Counted from the stretch's first letter, positions 9,698-20,499 are shown. The stretch is DNA of 64,000 nucleotides from Candidatus Obscuribacteraceae bacterium (GCA_044226015.1 JBGAHS010000001.1:640001-704000); one strand, 5' to 3'. The notes: generated from the letters alone by a model not told the origin. Numbers and translations: made by a program.

Positions 9698-11407
9698 TTA
9701 TTCTGTGATGCTGAGTTCGTCCATAACCATTACTGAACTGATTCTCGCTCTTTTGCTCAACGTGGCTTCCGCGGCTCTTCTGACGAAGAAATCGCTGTCT
9801 GCCGCAAGATATTCGAGTGTAGATTTCAAAGCCCAACTGGTTCTTGCCACCATCAATCGAACATAAGCGTCTTTGTCTTTTGCAAGGTTGCTCAATGCTG
9901 CAAACGGCGAGTGAGGGTTTGTTACTACTGAAATTTTTACGTCTGTGTCTGAGTCGTTAGACATCAGGTGCAGGGTTGCCGGATGGGATGAAGGGTTCGC
10001 GGCAACCCGCATCCTGACTTCAGGTGACTCATCGGAAGAAAGCTTTTTGAGAAGTTCTGGTGGTGCTTCTGGGTTTGAAGCAACATAGCCCCTGACAAAG
10101 CAGCTCAAGCTGTTTGCAAATTCGTAGAGGGTGCTTTCGTCAACTGATTCTTCTTGTTCTTCAGCAGAGAGGGCTGCTCCTCTAACTATGATGTCCGAGT
10201 CTCTGAGTAGAATGTCCTTTGCTACAGTTGGACTAATTCTATTGTCCGAGACGGATTGTCGAACTCGTCTACTGATGTCGTGGCAAAGCATAACCATCAG
10301 TTCTGGGTTTATACTTTCGTTTCGTGCAAGCCAGAGTCTGACTTCATCGGAGTCGTCGAGGGCTAATTTCTTCGCGGCGTTGTCTGAGATTTTTGTCGAG
10401 CGGGCTAGTGCCAATCTCACGCTCTCTTCAGGGTCTGCTGCAAGATAGAATGAAAGTTCAGCGTCTCTGCTTTCATTTATAGCAACCAGTACGCGAGTCA
10501 AAATGTCTGTGTCTTGCGAAAGAATTGCCAGGGCTTCTGTTCCTGCACTCTTGTTGCTTGCTACTTCGCGGCGCACATAAATGTCTGGATCTGAGGCTAA
10601 CCGGCGTAGTATCACTTCAGGTGCCGAACTGTTCGATGCAACAATTCTGCGAACCGATGGCTCTGCGTCCTCAGCTAATCTGACTAGTACCACATTTGAT
10701 ACTGCAGAGTTGCGTGCAACAGATTGCCTTACCATGAGAGAACTGTCTTGAGCCAAATCAATCATCGATTGCTCAGGGCAATGTGGGTTTGATGCGGCAT
10801 GAAAGCGTGCTTCTGACTCAAGGTCGTCGGCCAGTCTGCGCAATGTGTCCGCAGATGTGTCTGGGTTTGCAGCAACTGCCATTCTAACCGCGGGATCTTT
10901 TTCATCGCTTAGCTTGTGCAGCAGATTTGCTGATGTATTTGGATTAGCTGCTGCGCTGCGACGAACTAAAATGTTTGTGTCGTTTGCTAGAACATCACAT
11001 GCGCGTGTTGGGCAATTAGGGTTTGCTGCGACAATTTGTCGTACTATTGCATCGCGATCGCGCGAGAGAAAGTCCAGGCAATCGGCTGGCGTAGTGCTGT
11101 GACTTGCGACAAATTGCCTTACGCTGTCATTTGAATGTAATGCTAGATACCAGAGACCTTCACCGGAGATTTCGTTGCTTTCCTCTGGTGTAGCAAGTTG
11201 CATCTCGGGTTCGATGATGCAAGATAGTTCTGGAAAATTTGTATTGACCCAGTGCATCTCAGCGTCAAAGCTGAACTCATCAGGAGTGCGATGCCTGTCT
11301 TTGAAGTCGAAAATAGATGTTAGAAACTGTTGAGATACACTCACAAACGAAACCCCGCCAAGCCTTAACTCGAACAATGAGTTCGAGTTCATTGAACTCG
11401 AATTCAT
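9698..11407 (-). CDS. Leucine-rich-variant (LRV)/HEAT-like repeat protein
   Basis: Many ~24-aa repeats of the form L..D....VR..VA.NP..P. Confidence 0.9.
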   Translation of the reverse strand: MNSSSMNSNSLFELRLGGVSFVSVSQQFLTSIFDFKDRHRTPDEFSFDAEMHWVNTNFPELSCIIEPEMQLATPEESNEISGEGLWYLALHSNDSVRQFVASHSTTPADCLDFLSRDRDAIVRQIVAANPNCPTRACDVLANDTNILVRRSAAANPNTSANLLHKLSDEKDPAVRMAVAANPDTSADTLRRLADDLESEARFHAASNPHCPEQSMIDLAQDSSLMVRQSVARNSAVSNVVLVRLAEDAEPSVRRIVASNSSAPEVILRRLASDPDIYVRREVASNKSAGTEALAILSQDTDILTRVLVAINESRDAELSFYLAADPEESVRLALARSTKISDNAAKKLALDDSDEVRLWLARNESINPELMVMLCHDISRRVRQSVSDNRISPTVAKDILLRDSDIIVRGAALSAEEQEESVDESTLYEFANSLSCFVRGYVASNPEAPPELLKKLSSDESPEVRMRVAANPSSHPATLHLMSNDSDTDVKISVVTNPHSPFAALSNLAKDKDAYVRLMVARTSWALKSTLEYLAADSDFFVRRAAEATLSKRARISSVMVMDELSITE

Positions 11408-11652
11408 TTCCCTGCCATGTTCAAATTGACATCAATTGGTTTGTTTCCAGAATTAATGTCAAGAACACCGTAATAATGGGCCAAGGTGCTAAAGCAGTCC
11501 ATAAAGATTTTGTTCATCTCTCGACACACATTTTCAGGTGAGAAGCCTGTAACTAAGCGCTTAATGTAGATATTGAGAAGATTGCCCGTTTTCCCTGATC
11601 CATCGGCAACGCTGAAGCATAGCTCATTTTGCAAATCTCGTTGCGACCCCAT
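11404..11652 (-). CDS. Hypothetical protein
   Basis: 82-aa ORF; stop overlaps the LRV start (ATGA). Confidence 0.5.
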   Translation of the reverse strand: MGSQRDLQNELCFSVADGSGKTGNLLNIYIKRLVTGFSPENVCREMNKIFMDCFSTLAHYYGVLDINSGNKPIDVNLNMAGK

Positions 11653-12025
11653 ACGTAAGATCCGCAGAGTTTTTCACCTAATTGTGTGATTGCTTTGTGT
11701 CCGAAGATGCACTTAGCAAGCGCTTCTTAGCTCGAACACATCTTAAGCGCGTGTAAGTTTTTGTCTTTTATGCTCAAAGAGAATAGTGGAAGAGGCTCTG
11801 TATATACAGGGATTATCCATGCGACGAAGCCCTGTTATTCAAGGAAAAGCTGTGGCGACATCTAGCCAGCGGCAGAAAAAGAGATTTCGGATTTGTATAT
11901 ATTAGTAGAGAATCTTGCTGACGAAACAACGGCTCTCGAAGAGGCCCGATGCCCCATTCATAACGGACTGCGCGAAACCCTTTATTCGATGAGCGAAATT
12001 GATGCGCTCGATTCTGATTGATATC

Positions 12026-12931
12026 TCATTCAACATGCCCTGCTTGCTCGCCTGCGTGGTAGCTGCTGCGAACAAGGGGACCAGAAAAGACATTTACGAA
12101 TCCCATTTCCATTCCGACATCATGGAAATGTTTGAAAGTATCAGGATGTACCCAACGTTCAACCTGCAGGTGCTCAAGAGTTGGCTGCATATATTGACCG
12201 ATGGTCACCAGATCGACCTGCGCCTCTTTAAGATCTTTGAGCAGCTGTATTATTTCGTCGTCCTCTTCTCCAAGTCCCAGCATGAAACCTGACTTAGTTA
12301 CGAAGCCAGCTTCCTTTGCTCGTTTCAAGAGCTCTAGGCTTCGTTCGTATTTCGCTTGAGGGCGTACCTTGTAGTAGAGGCGTTTGATTGACTCCATGTT
12401 GTGATTGAGCACGTCGGGTTTCGCTTCGAGCACGGTGTCCAGAGCTGCCCAATTTCCACAAAAGTCTGGAATTAGCACTTCTATTTTTGTATCAGGACAA
12501 CGTTCTCGTACGGCAGTGATGGTCGCCGCCCAAACGGACGCGCCGCCGTCTTTCAGTTCGTCACGATTAACAGATGTTATAACTGCGTACTTGAGTCCCA
12601 TGAGCTCAACTGCTTCGGCTACGCGCTGCGGTTCATCCAAATCTAGCTCGGTTGGCTTGCCGGTGATGATGTTGCAAAAGCCGCAACTGCGTGTGCAAAC
12701 GTTTCCGAGAATCATCAAAGTGGCAGTGCGTGATGACCAGCATTCGCCCCGGTTTGGGCAGGCAGCTGATTCGCAAACAGTGTTCAAGCGATTATCAGTA
12801 ATGATGTTTTTCAGTCGCTTGTAACCTTCGCCGGTTGGAAGACTCACTTTTAACCACTCTGGTTTCGGCTTGCGCTGCGGCTTTTCAAGCTTTACTGCTA
12901 CTGGGATTATTCCTTCGTCTTTATTGTTCAT
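12026..12931 (-). CDS. lipA: Lipoyl synthase
   Basis: CESAACPNRGEC, radical-SAM CTRSCGFC and RSSYHA motifs. Confidence 0.98.
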   Translation of the reverse strand: MNNKDEGIIPVAVKLEKPQRKPKPEWLKVSLPTGEGYKRLKNIITDNRLNTVCESAACPNRGECWSSRTATLMILGNVCTRSCGFCNIITGKPTELDLDEPQRVAEAVELMGLKYAVITSVNRDELKDGGASVWAATITAVRERCPDTKIEVLIPDFCGNWAALDTVLEAKPDVLNHNMESIKRLYYKVRPQAKYERSLELLKRAKEAGFVTKSGFMLGLGEEDDEIIQLLKDLKEAQVDLVTIGQYMQPTLEHLQVERWVHPDTFKHFHDVGMEMGFVNVFSGPLVRSSYHAGEQAGHVE

Positions 12932-13162
12932 TTAGATTTCCGCTCTACAACGCCGCTTGCTTGGATTTTTGTCATCAGAAAGAATCAATTCAGCTTTTGT
13001 GGTGCTACAGCCCCGCCGCCCTTCTTCAGGGTTTTGATCCTTCTGGAAAATTTTCGTTTTTCCTACCTATAAATATGACACAATGTTATCCATTCGTCAT
13101 AGCCAGGTCTCTATGCCGCAAATTGTAGCAGCAACGAGGATTGCCGTGACGGTGCGCTCGAT

Positions 13163-13190
13163 AAGCCTGACAAAAACTGTCAGGTTTTCT
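13163..13190 (+). promoter_or_regulatory. Inverted repeat with T-tract just upstream of the E1-alpha RBS (attenuator-like hairpin or operator)
   Basis: aagcctgaca-aaaac-tgtcaggtttt. Confidence 0.45.
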
Positions 13191-13216
13191 TCAGGTAAAT
13201 AACAGGACATAAAGCA

Positions 13217-14353
13217 ATGCCAAGAACACCGATAGAGCTTCCATACAAACTCGAGTATCTGTCGATTCTCAATGAAAACGGAGAAGTCGATAGTTCTCTC
13301 GAACCAAAATTGGATGCCAAAAAACTTAAGGACATGTACTTCTGGATGCTCTTCGCGAGACGTGTCGATGAGCGTTTGTTAAAGCTACAGCGTCAAGGAC
13401 GTATAGGCACTTTCCCTCAGTCGTCTGGTCACGAAGCCATAAGCCTGGGTTCTGTGGTGCATCTGGGGAAAGATGATTGGCATGTGCCAGCGTATCGTGA
13501 ATTGGCTGGTTTCCTCTATCGTGGTTGGACTCTGGAAAGTATTCTGACTTACTGGATGGGCTTCGAAGAAGGCGCTCAGCCTCCAGAAGGTGTTAACGAT
13601 TTGCCGATTGCAGTTCCAATTGCAAGCCAGTTGTTGCATGCTGCAGGACTCGGAATGGCGAACAACCTTCGTGGTGACAAAAATGTGGTCATAACCTATT
13701 TCGGTGACGGAGCTTCATCAGAAGGTGACTGTCACGAAGCGTTGAATTTCGCGGCTGTTTATAACGCGCCAGTCGTTTTCGTTTGTTTGAATAATCAATA
13801 CGCAATCTCAGTTCCGCTGCACAAACAGATGAAGAACGAAACAATCGCTCAACGAGCAATCGCTTATGGAATGCGTGGTATCAGAGTAGACGGAAACGAT
13901 GTACTTTCTGTTTACGAAGCTACTCGTGAAGCTGTTGAGCGTGCTCGCAAAGGCGAGGGACCGACCTTAATCGAAGCTTTGACCTACAGATATACGCCGC
14001 ACACAACTGCTGATGACCCGAGCCGTTATCGTTCAGATGAAGAGTGTGCAACATGGACAGCTAAAGAGCCTCTCATTCGCTTCCAAAAGTACTTGGTGAA
14101 CAAGAAGATTCTTACAGATGCTGAAGTGGCTGCAATCGAAGCAGACATCGAAAACCGCATCAACACCGCAATCACTAATGCTGAAGAAGCATGCAAGCAC
14201 CCACCACTGTCAGATCCGTTGGTGATGTTTGATTATCTCTATGCAGATTTGCCACCACATCTGCAAGAGCAACGTGATGAACTTGCGAAGCATTTAGGTT
14301 TAGATTCCAAAGAAAAAAAAACTGAGGCAAGCGCCGTAGGAAGGGGTAGTTAA
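13217..14353 (+). CDS. pdhA: Pyruvate/2-oxoacid dehydrogenase E1 alpha subunit
   Basis: LQRQGRIG, TPP motif GDGASSEG...NN, HTTADDP. Confidence 0.93.
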   Translation: MPRTPIELPYKLEYLSILNENGEVDSSLEPKLDAKKLKDMYFWMLFARRVDERLLKLQRQGRIGTFPQSSGHEAISLGSVVHLGKDDWHVPAYRELAGFLYRGWTLESILTYWMGFEEGAQPPEGVNDLPIAVPIASQLLHAAGLGMANNLRGDKNVVITYFGDGASSEGDCHEALNFAAVYNAPVVFVCLNNQYAISVPLHKQMKNETIAQRAIAYGMRGIRVDGNDVLSVYEATREAVERARKGEGPTLIEALTYRYTPHTTADDPSRYRSDEECATWTAKEPLIRFQKYLVNKKILTDAEVAAIEADIENRINTAITNAEEACKHPPLSDPLVMFDYLYADLPPHLQEQRDELAKHLGLDSKEKKTEASAVGRGS

Positions 14354-14355
14354 TC

Positions 14356-15336
14356 ATGGCTGAAATGAATATGGCTAAGGCGATCAACCTCGCCATTAAC
14401 GAAGCAATGGATCGCGATAATCGCGTAGTGGTCATGGGCGAAGACGTTGGACCAGACGAAGGCGTTTTCCGTATTACCGAAGGTTTGCACGCAAAGTACG
14501 GCGACAAGAGAGTCATTGACACTCCGCTTGCAGAATCTGGAATCGTGGGTACGGCTATCGGAATGGCTCTTTATGGGCTTCGTCCAATTGCTGAAATACA
14601 GTTCAGCGGATTCGAGTACTATGCATATCATCAAATTGAAATGCACGCTGCTCGCTTCCGTAACAGAACGCGCGGACGTCACACAGTGCCGATGGTTTTG
14701 CGTTGTCCTTCAGGTGGTGGCATTCGTGCTATCGAACACCACAGTGAAAGCCGTGAAGCAATCTACGTACACTCACCAGGTCTGAAAGTGGTGATGCCAT
14801 CTGGACCACGCAGTGCACGTGCTCTCTTGCATGCTGCAATTCAAGATCCAGATCCAGTAATCTTCTATGAACCAAAAGCACTTTACAGATTGTTCCGCGA
14901 AGATGTTCCTGAAGCAATTGAAACTCTTCCAATCGGTCGTGCTCAGATTGTTCAGGAAGGAAAAGAAATTACATTGATTTCTTACGGTGCCACCGTCAGA
15001 GCCACCATTGATGCAGCAGAAATACTTGAGGAAGAGGACGGCGTTAAGCCCGAAATTATCGACCTCCTGAGTGTGGCTCCGATGGATACAGACGCAATAA
15101 TCAATTCAATTAAGAAGACTGGACGTTGCGTAGTCATTCATGAAGGACCACGCAGCTGTGGCATCGGTTCAGAAGTAATCGCTCGCATCAACGAACATGC
15201 GTTGATGTATCTTGAAGCTCCAATCAAGCGAGTCACCGGATACGATATTCCGATTCCGTATTTCGCTCGTGAGAAAGCTTATCTGCCTGATTCTGAAAGA
15301 ATAGTCAGTGCAGCAAGAGAAGTTCTATCGTTCTAG
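14356..15336 (+). CDS. pdhB: 2-oxoacid dehydrogenase E1 beta subunit
   Basis: GEDVG..GVFR.T.GL, DTPLAESGI, EHHSES. Confidence 0.93.
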   Translation: MAEMNMAKAINLAINEAMDRDNRVVVMGEDVGPDEGVFRITEGLHAKYGDKRVIDTPLAESGIVGTAIGMALYGLRPIAEIQFSGFEYYAYHQIEMHAARFRNRTRGRHTVPMVLRCPSGGGIRAIEHHSESREAIYVHSPGLKVVMPSGPRSARALLHAAIQDPDPVIFYEPKALYRLFREDVPEAIETLPIGRAQIVQEGKEITLISYGATVRATIDAAEILEEEDGVKPEIIDLLSVAPMDTDAIINSIKKTGRCVVIHEGPRSCGIGSEVIARINEHALMYLEAPIKRVTGYDIPIPYFAREKAYLPDSERIVSAAREVLSF

Positions 15337-15343
15337 GACCGAC

Positions 15344-15365
15344 AGGGGCGCTTTAGAGCGCCCCT
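15344..15365. promoter_or_regulatory. Intercistronic hairpin between E1 beta and E2
   Basis: Perfect 9-bp stem aggggcgct/agcgcccct with a 4-nt loop. Confidence 0.55.
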
Positions 15366-15403
15366 TCTGGTTTCATAACGCATTTATCGAGGAGTAAAAA
15401 GGG

Positions 15404-16807
15404 ATGTCGTTCGAATTCAAACTTCCAGACGTTGGTGAAGGAATCCACGAAGCGGAAGTTCTTGCCATTAAAGTCAAAGTTGGTGATACCGTTAAAGAGT
15501 ATCAACCTATATTTGATGTGGAAACAGACAAAGCCGTTGTAGAAATCACTTCTCCCACCGCTGGAGTTGTGGAAAAGATTCTCGTCAAAGTTGGCGAAAT
15601 GGCTAAAGTCGGAAACACAATGATCACTTTCAATACAAGTGGTCAGGCTGCTCCTGCCGCTGCTGCAGAAAAAGTTGCTGAACCGGCAGCTAAGGCTGCG
15701 GCCCCAGCTGCTCGTGCTGCTGAAGCTGTCGCTGGAGGCAATGGACGCTCGGCTGCAGCTGTGGCTGAAGCTCCTGCGTTGCGAGCCGAAGGTCCAGTAC
15801 CGGCAGCCCCCGCAACTCGTCGGCTCGCACGTGAAATGGGCGTTGACTTGCGCCTTGTGAAAGGTTCGGGTCCTGCTGGACGAGTGGTCAAAGAAGATAT
15901 TCGTGCATTTGCTGAAGGTGTTCCATCTAGTGTGAGAACTGCCAGCTCTGCGGGAGCATCTGTGCCTCCTACACATCGTCATTCACCGGCTGCTCGCTCG
16001 GGCAGTACAGGTGGACGTGAAAGTGGTGGCGAAGCTGATGCCAACTTGTCTCGTGAGCCCTTGACTCTTTCTCCGTTTGATATGCCAGATTTCACCAAGT
16101 TTGGTCCGGTAGATAGAGTGCCTCTGCGCTCATTGCGTCGTCGAATAGCAATCAACATGACTCAGTCTTGGACTCATGTTCCGCATGTGGCGCACTTCGA
16201 CCAGATCGATATAACAGATCTAGAAAAATACAGACAAAAGCACGAAGCATCAGTTGCACAAAAGGGCGGAAAGCTGACTCTCACTGTTCTAACGTTGAAA
16301 GCAATAGTTTCTGCGTTGAAGAAGTTTCCTCAATTCAACTCAAGTCTGGATGAGAAGACTAGCGAAATCATTTACAAGCGCTACTACAACATCGGCGTCG
16401 CTGTTGCTACAGAGCGCGGTTTGATTGTTCCTGTGATTAAAGATGTGGATAAGAAGAGCATCGTTGATCTCTCTGTGGAACTTGCAGACCTCGCAACCAA
16501 AACGCGTGATGGCAAAGTTGAGTTAGACAAGCTGCAAGGCGGCACATTCACCATTACAAACATTGGTGCAATCGGTGGAACCGGCATGATGCCGATGGTG
16601 AATTATCCTGAAGTTGGCATCTTTGGAATGGCAAAATCCAAGTTGCAACCAGTAGTTAATAAGCAGGGTGAAATTGTAGTTCGGAATATTTTGAATTGCA
16701 CACTCTCTTTCGACCACCGAGTTGCTGACGGAGCTGAGGCTGCTTATTTCGTCAGACATGTGTCTGAGTGTCTTGAGGATCCCTTTAAACTTTTGCTGGA
16801 GGCGTAA
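15404..16807 (+). CDS. pdhC: Dihydrolipoamide acyltransferase (E2)
   Basis: Single lipoyl domain (ETDKA), E3-binding [13 protein letters not shown], catalytic DHRVADG. Confidence 0.93.
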   Translation: MSFEFKLPDVGEGIHEAEVLAIKVKVGDTVKEYQPIFDVETDKAVVEITSPTAGVVEKILVKVGEMAKVGNTMITFNTSGQAAPAAAAEKVAEPAAKAAAPAARAAEAVAGGNGRSAAAVAEAPALRAEGPVPAAPATRRLAREMGVDLRLVKGSGPAGRVVKEDIRAFAEGVPSSVRTASSAGASVPPTHRHSPAARSGSTGGRESGGEADANLSREPLTLSPFDMPDFTKFGPVDRVPLRSLRRRIAINMTQSWTHVPHVAHFDQIDITDLEKYRQKHEASVAQKGGKLTLTVLTLKAIVSALKKFPQFNSSLDEKTSEIIYKRYYNIGVAVATERGLIVPVIKDVDKKSIVDLSVELADLATKTRDGKVELDKLQGGTFTITNIGAIGGTGMMPMVNYPEVGIFGMAKSKLQPVVNKQGEIVVRNILNCTLSFDHRVADGAEAAYFVRHVSECLEDPFKLLLEA

Positions 16808-16810
16808 GCA

Positions 16811-18250
16811 ATGGTAGTAGGTGAAATGGTGCAAGAAACCCAGCTAGTCGTTATCGGCGCTGGACCAGGTGGATACACTGCTGCGTTGCGTGCTGCTGAG
16901 TTGGGCATCAAATGTATGCTTGTTGAAGCATCTCCCAAGCCGGGCGGAACCTGCCTTCACGTTGGTTGTATTCCATCGAAAGCGCTTTTGCACGCTGCGG
17001 AAGTCGTCGAGGAAGCTAAGGTCGCTGAAACATTCGGTTTGACTTTTGGCAAGCCAAAAATCGAAGTGGATAAATTGCGCGGCTGGAAAGAAAGCATTCT
17101 CGATAAGCTCGCTAGTGGCATTGCAGGCAAATGCAAGAGCGCTGGCGTGGAAATTATACGCGGCAACGCACTTTTCAAAGACAATAGAAGTGTGCGTGTT
17201 GAAGCTGACGGTGAATCTGCCGTTCGCATCAAATTCAAACAGTGCATCATTGCTACTGGCTCACGTCCAGTAATGCCTAAAATGTTCGATATCGGCTCGC
17301 CCCGAGTGATGGATTCTACCGGAGCGCTAGCGCTTCAAGACATTCCCAAAACTCTTCTTATAGTTGGCGGTGGTTACATCGGGCTTGAGATGGGCACTGT
17401 TTACGCAGCGCTAGGCAGCGAAGTAACCGTTGTTGAAATGACAGATGGCTTGTTGCCTGGTGTCGATCGCGACCTCGTTCGTCCCTTGCAAAATCATTTG
17501 CAGTCAGCGTTTAAGAACATCTATTTGAACACTAAAGTTGCAAAAGTTGAAGACACCGGCAGTGGTGTCAAAGCTAGTCTCGAAGGAAAAGATGTTCCAG
17601 CAGAGATGACATTTGACCGTGTGCTTGTTTCTGTTGGCAGAAGACCTAATACCGATAACCTGGGTCTAGAGTCCTGCGGAGTGAAGACCGACGATCATGG
17701 ATTCATCATTGTTGATGAAGAATGTCGCACATCTGAAAAGCGCATCTGGGCAATCGGCGATTGTTCAGGGCAGCCGATGCTTGCTCATAGAGCAATTCGT
17801 CAGGCGATGGTGGCAGCAGAGGTGATAGCTGGTAAGAAGTCGGCTTTCGACAATCGTTGCATTCCAGCTGTTGTGTTTACTCAGCCAGAAATTGCGTATG
17901 TCGGACTGACGGACACCGAAGCAAAAGCAAAGGGAATTGAAGTCGCTTCCAGCAAAATGCCGTGGTCGGCTAATGGTCGCGCGCATACACTGGCTGAACC
18001 CACCGGTCAGACCAAAGTGCTTTACGATCCCCAAACTGGAAGAGTTTTAGGAGTCGGCCTCGTCGGACCTCGCGCCGGTGAATTGATTTCTGAGGCTGCT
18101 GTGGCTATAGAGATGGGCGCCGTTTTGGAAGACCTGGCTGTGTCGATACACACACATCCAACGCTTTCCGAAACAATTATGGAGTCAGCTCAATCGGCTC
18201 TCGCTCGCATCGAACGACAAGCCAAGCGTGAAACCAGCAATGTGGGCTAA
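16811..18250 (+). CDS. lpdA: Dihydrolipoamide dehydrogenase (E3)
   Basis: GAGPGG, GGTCLHVGCIPSK, HTHPTLSE. Confidence 0.97.
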   Translation: MVVGEMVQETQLVVIGAGPGGYTAALRAAELGIKCMLVEASPKPGGTCLHVGCIPSKALLHAAEVVEEAKVAETFGLTFGKPKIEVDKLRGWKESILDKLASGIAGKCKSAGVEIIRGNALFKDNRSVRVEADGESAVRIKFKQCIIATGSRPVMPKMFDIGSPRVMDSTGALALQDIPKTLLIVGGGYIGLEMGTVYAALGSEVTVVEMTDGLLPGVDRDLVRPLQNHLQSAFKNIYLNTKVAKVEDTGSGVKASLEGKDVPAEMTFDRVLVSVGRRPNTDNLGLESCGVKTDDHGFIIVDEECRTSEKRIWAIGDCSGQPMLAHRAIRQAMVAAEVIAGKKSAFDNRCIPAVVFTQPEIAYVGLTDTEAKAKGIEVASSKMPWSANGRAHTLAEPTGQTKVLYDPQTGRVLGVGLVGPRAGELISEAAVAIEMGAVLEDLAVSIHTHPTLSETIMESAQSALARIERQAKRETSNVG

Positions 18251-18289
18251 GGTGTCGAAGGGTTGAACCTTCGTTCCAAGAACAAATTT

Positions 18290-18323
18290 AAAGCGCTCGC
18301 CACAATTGGCGGGCGCTTTTTTT
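18290..18323 (+). terminator. Rho-independent terminator after lpdA
   Basis: aaagcgctcgcca-caat-tggcgggcgcttt followed by a T run. Confidence 0.9.
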
Positions 18324-18418
18324 GTGTGCAGGAAGAGGGTGGAAGTGTTTCTTTTGTCTGTCTGAGATTTGCACCGTATATGGTGTCGAAAGATTTTGGA
18401 GGTGGCGTGGCTTCGAAC

Positions 18419-18745
18419 TCAGGCGCAAAACTTTTTCTTTGAATCTACTCTCAGTTCTTGCTTTATCAGCTCAAGTGCCGCGGAGTTCTTTTTCAGGTAT
18501 GTGACTCCAAAAAGTACTCCAGCCGCGCTAAATAGAAGTGTTAGCAGCGAGGCTTGGGTCGGAGAACATGATGCTTGTGTTTCTTGATAGGCTCGAAGCT
18601 GGCTGCCAAATGTAGAGAAGTACATTTCTTTCTGATGCGCAAGAAACGAGTTCTCAACGTTCACTGCTGCTTTTCCGAAACCAAAGCCCGCCATAGTACA
18701 AGTACTCAAAATGCCAACCTTTATTGCCGTTGCTTTTATGTTCAT
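18419..18745 (-). CDS. Small two-TM hypothetical membrane protein
   Basis: 108-aa ORF with two hydrophobic segments. Confidence 0.6.
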   Translation of the reverse strand: MNIKATAIKVGILSTCTMAGFGFGKAAVNVENSFLAHQKEMYFSTFGSQLRAYQETQASCSPTQASLLTLLFSAAGVLFGVTYLKKNSAALELIKQELRVDSKKKFCA

Positions 18746-18797
18746 CAGGCTCTGACCAATATCACCACTACAATATCGATTCTAGAGCCTCCGAAAT

Positions 18798-18824
18798 TTG
18801 TCGGCATCTGGCTCAAGTCATTAA
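18798..18824 (-). promoter_or_regulatory. Possible sigma28 (FliA)-like promoter
   Basis: TTAA-N15-GCCGACAA on the minus strand, about 50 bp upstream of 18745. Confidence 0.3.
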
Positions 18825-18884
18825 CGGGCATGACCTGAGTCATTTTTCTTGTAGAATTAGTCCATATCCTTTCTGGGTGCAACA

Positions 18885-20393
18885 ATGAAAAGCCTTTGCA
18901 GGCAGCTCATTTCAATGATTTTTCTGTCTGCACTCTGCCAGGCATGTGTCGTTGTGCCTGAATCGACTGACGATATATTGCATGACTGGAAGTCTCACGT
19001 AAACAACGCACGCGAATTAGCCAAGAAAGGCAATACCAAACAAGCTGAGTCAGAATATGCTGCAGCAAACAAGGCTCTTGGTAGTGAATCAGATTTGATC
19101 ATTTATCATGCGCTGACCTTGAGGGAATTGGGACATTTGTACCTTTCTGAGAAGAGAAATGTTGATGCCAAAAGTTCTTTTATCAAAGCAGCTGATTTGT
19201 TCCAAGCGCAAAGAAAGAAGGATGCTGAGATTTATAGCATTTATGCCAGGCAGCATTTTGATGCGCTCTATCAACTGGGGTTGATGGAACTTGCCGCTAA
19301 GCAGAAGGTAAAAGCAATAGAGTTCTTTCGGCAGGCTCTCTGGGCTGACACCACGAATGAGTTAGCAGAAAAGTGTAAGGAGCAATTGCTTTTTCTTGAA
19401 GGTGATGTCGGTATGCGACCACAAATTTCAGAGTCTGTTTTCAAAACAGTAAGAGGCCTTGCTGAAATAAGTGAGTCACATCGGCTGCAGACCACAAGTT
19501 TGCTGATGCTAGCGCGCAAAGAGCAAGCGAATGGAAATGTTGAACTTGCGCTTCAGTACCTGAATGCGCTCTATGACTTGGGTAAACAGCGGAATGATTG
19601 GGCTTGCCAGGCTCAACTTCGTTTTGAATTAATCAGGCACCAGTACTTCTGTGGAAATCTTGATGATGCGCGAAAGCTATGCGACGACGCTCTCCGCTTG
19701 TCTTCAGAAAACGAAGAATATGCTCGTCTGAAGTTTGCCTATCTGATTTGCATGTTCAAAATCGAAGATAGGTTGAAGCATTTTCAGGACGCGGATAGTT
19801 TTTGGAAGCAAGCCGTAGAACTCGAGAAAGCTGATAAGACGGGGAAATTGAGAGGACGCGAAATTGCCATTCTTGAGCAAATCGCACAACTAGATGTCGA
19901 TACAAGGCACAATGTTGAGGCCATAAGAGGTTTCAAACGGCTCTTTGAACTCATTCACTCGGGGCCAGCTATCAGACCTGTAATCTATTCCCATTACCAG
20001 AGTTTGTATGGAACAGCTCTTTTGAACAATGGTGATTTTGAAGAGTCTCGCAAAATCTTTCTTGAATCTCTTTCACCTGAAATGAGAAAAGATGACAGAT
20101 ATCGTTCTCTCACTGGCTTGACCAGCGTCTATCTTGCACAACATCGCCCGGTTGAGGCCAAAAAATGTGCTCTTGAAGCCAAATCTCTAGCTGTCGATAG
20201 TTCCGGGCAAGTTATGGTGCTGATGTTGCTTGCCAAGTGTGCTCGCGAAGCGGCTAACTCAAAGGAAGGGCTGCTTCTAATCGATAAGGCGCTTGCCGAG
20301 TCCGAAAAGCTTAAAGGAACCCAATCTCCTCAGTTCATCGAAGCCGTGAAGGCTAACTGTAGTGTTCTTAAGAAACAATTTGAAGGTCGCTAG
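18885..20393 (+). CDS. TPR-repeat protein, probable lipoprotein
   Basis: Signal-like N-terminus with lipobox-like LCQAC; helical TPR-like repeats. Confidence 0.8.
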   Translation: MKSLCRQLISMIFLSALCQACVVVPESTDDILHDWKSHVNNARELAKKGNTKQAESEYAAANKALGSESDLIIYHALTLRELGHLYLSEKRNVDAKSSFIKAADLFQAQRKKDAEIYSIYARQHFDALYQLGLMELAAKQKVKAIEFFRQALWADTTNELAEKCKEQLLFLEGDVGMRPQISESVFKTVRGLAEISESHRLQTTSLLMLARKEQANGNVELALQYLNALYDLGKQRNDWACQAQLRFELIRHQYFCGNLDDARKLCDDALRLSSENEEYARLKFAYLICMFKIEDRLKHFQDADSFWKQAVELEKADKTGKLRGREIAILEQIAQLDVDTRHNVEAIRGFKRLFELIHSGPAIRPVIYSHYQSLYGTALLNNGDFEESRKIFLESLSPEMRKDDRYRSLTGLTSVYLAQHRPVEAKKCALEAKSLAVDSSGQVMVLMLLAKCAREAANSKEGLLLIDKALAESEKLKGTQSPQFIEAVKANCSVLKKQFEGR

Positions 20394-20499
20394 CACCTTG
20401 TTATTCCTCAACTAACGGTATATGCTGTGTAGGCCTTTTGACGGTTCGTTGGAACCGTAGGCGATATGTGCTTTTGCTTCTCTTGACGGAGGATACAAG

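Noticed and set aside
11653..12025. Possible ncRNA in the 370-bp gap downstream of lipA
   Set aside because: No convincing long stems or known RNA signatures found by eye.
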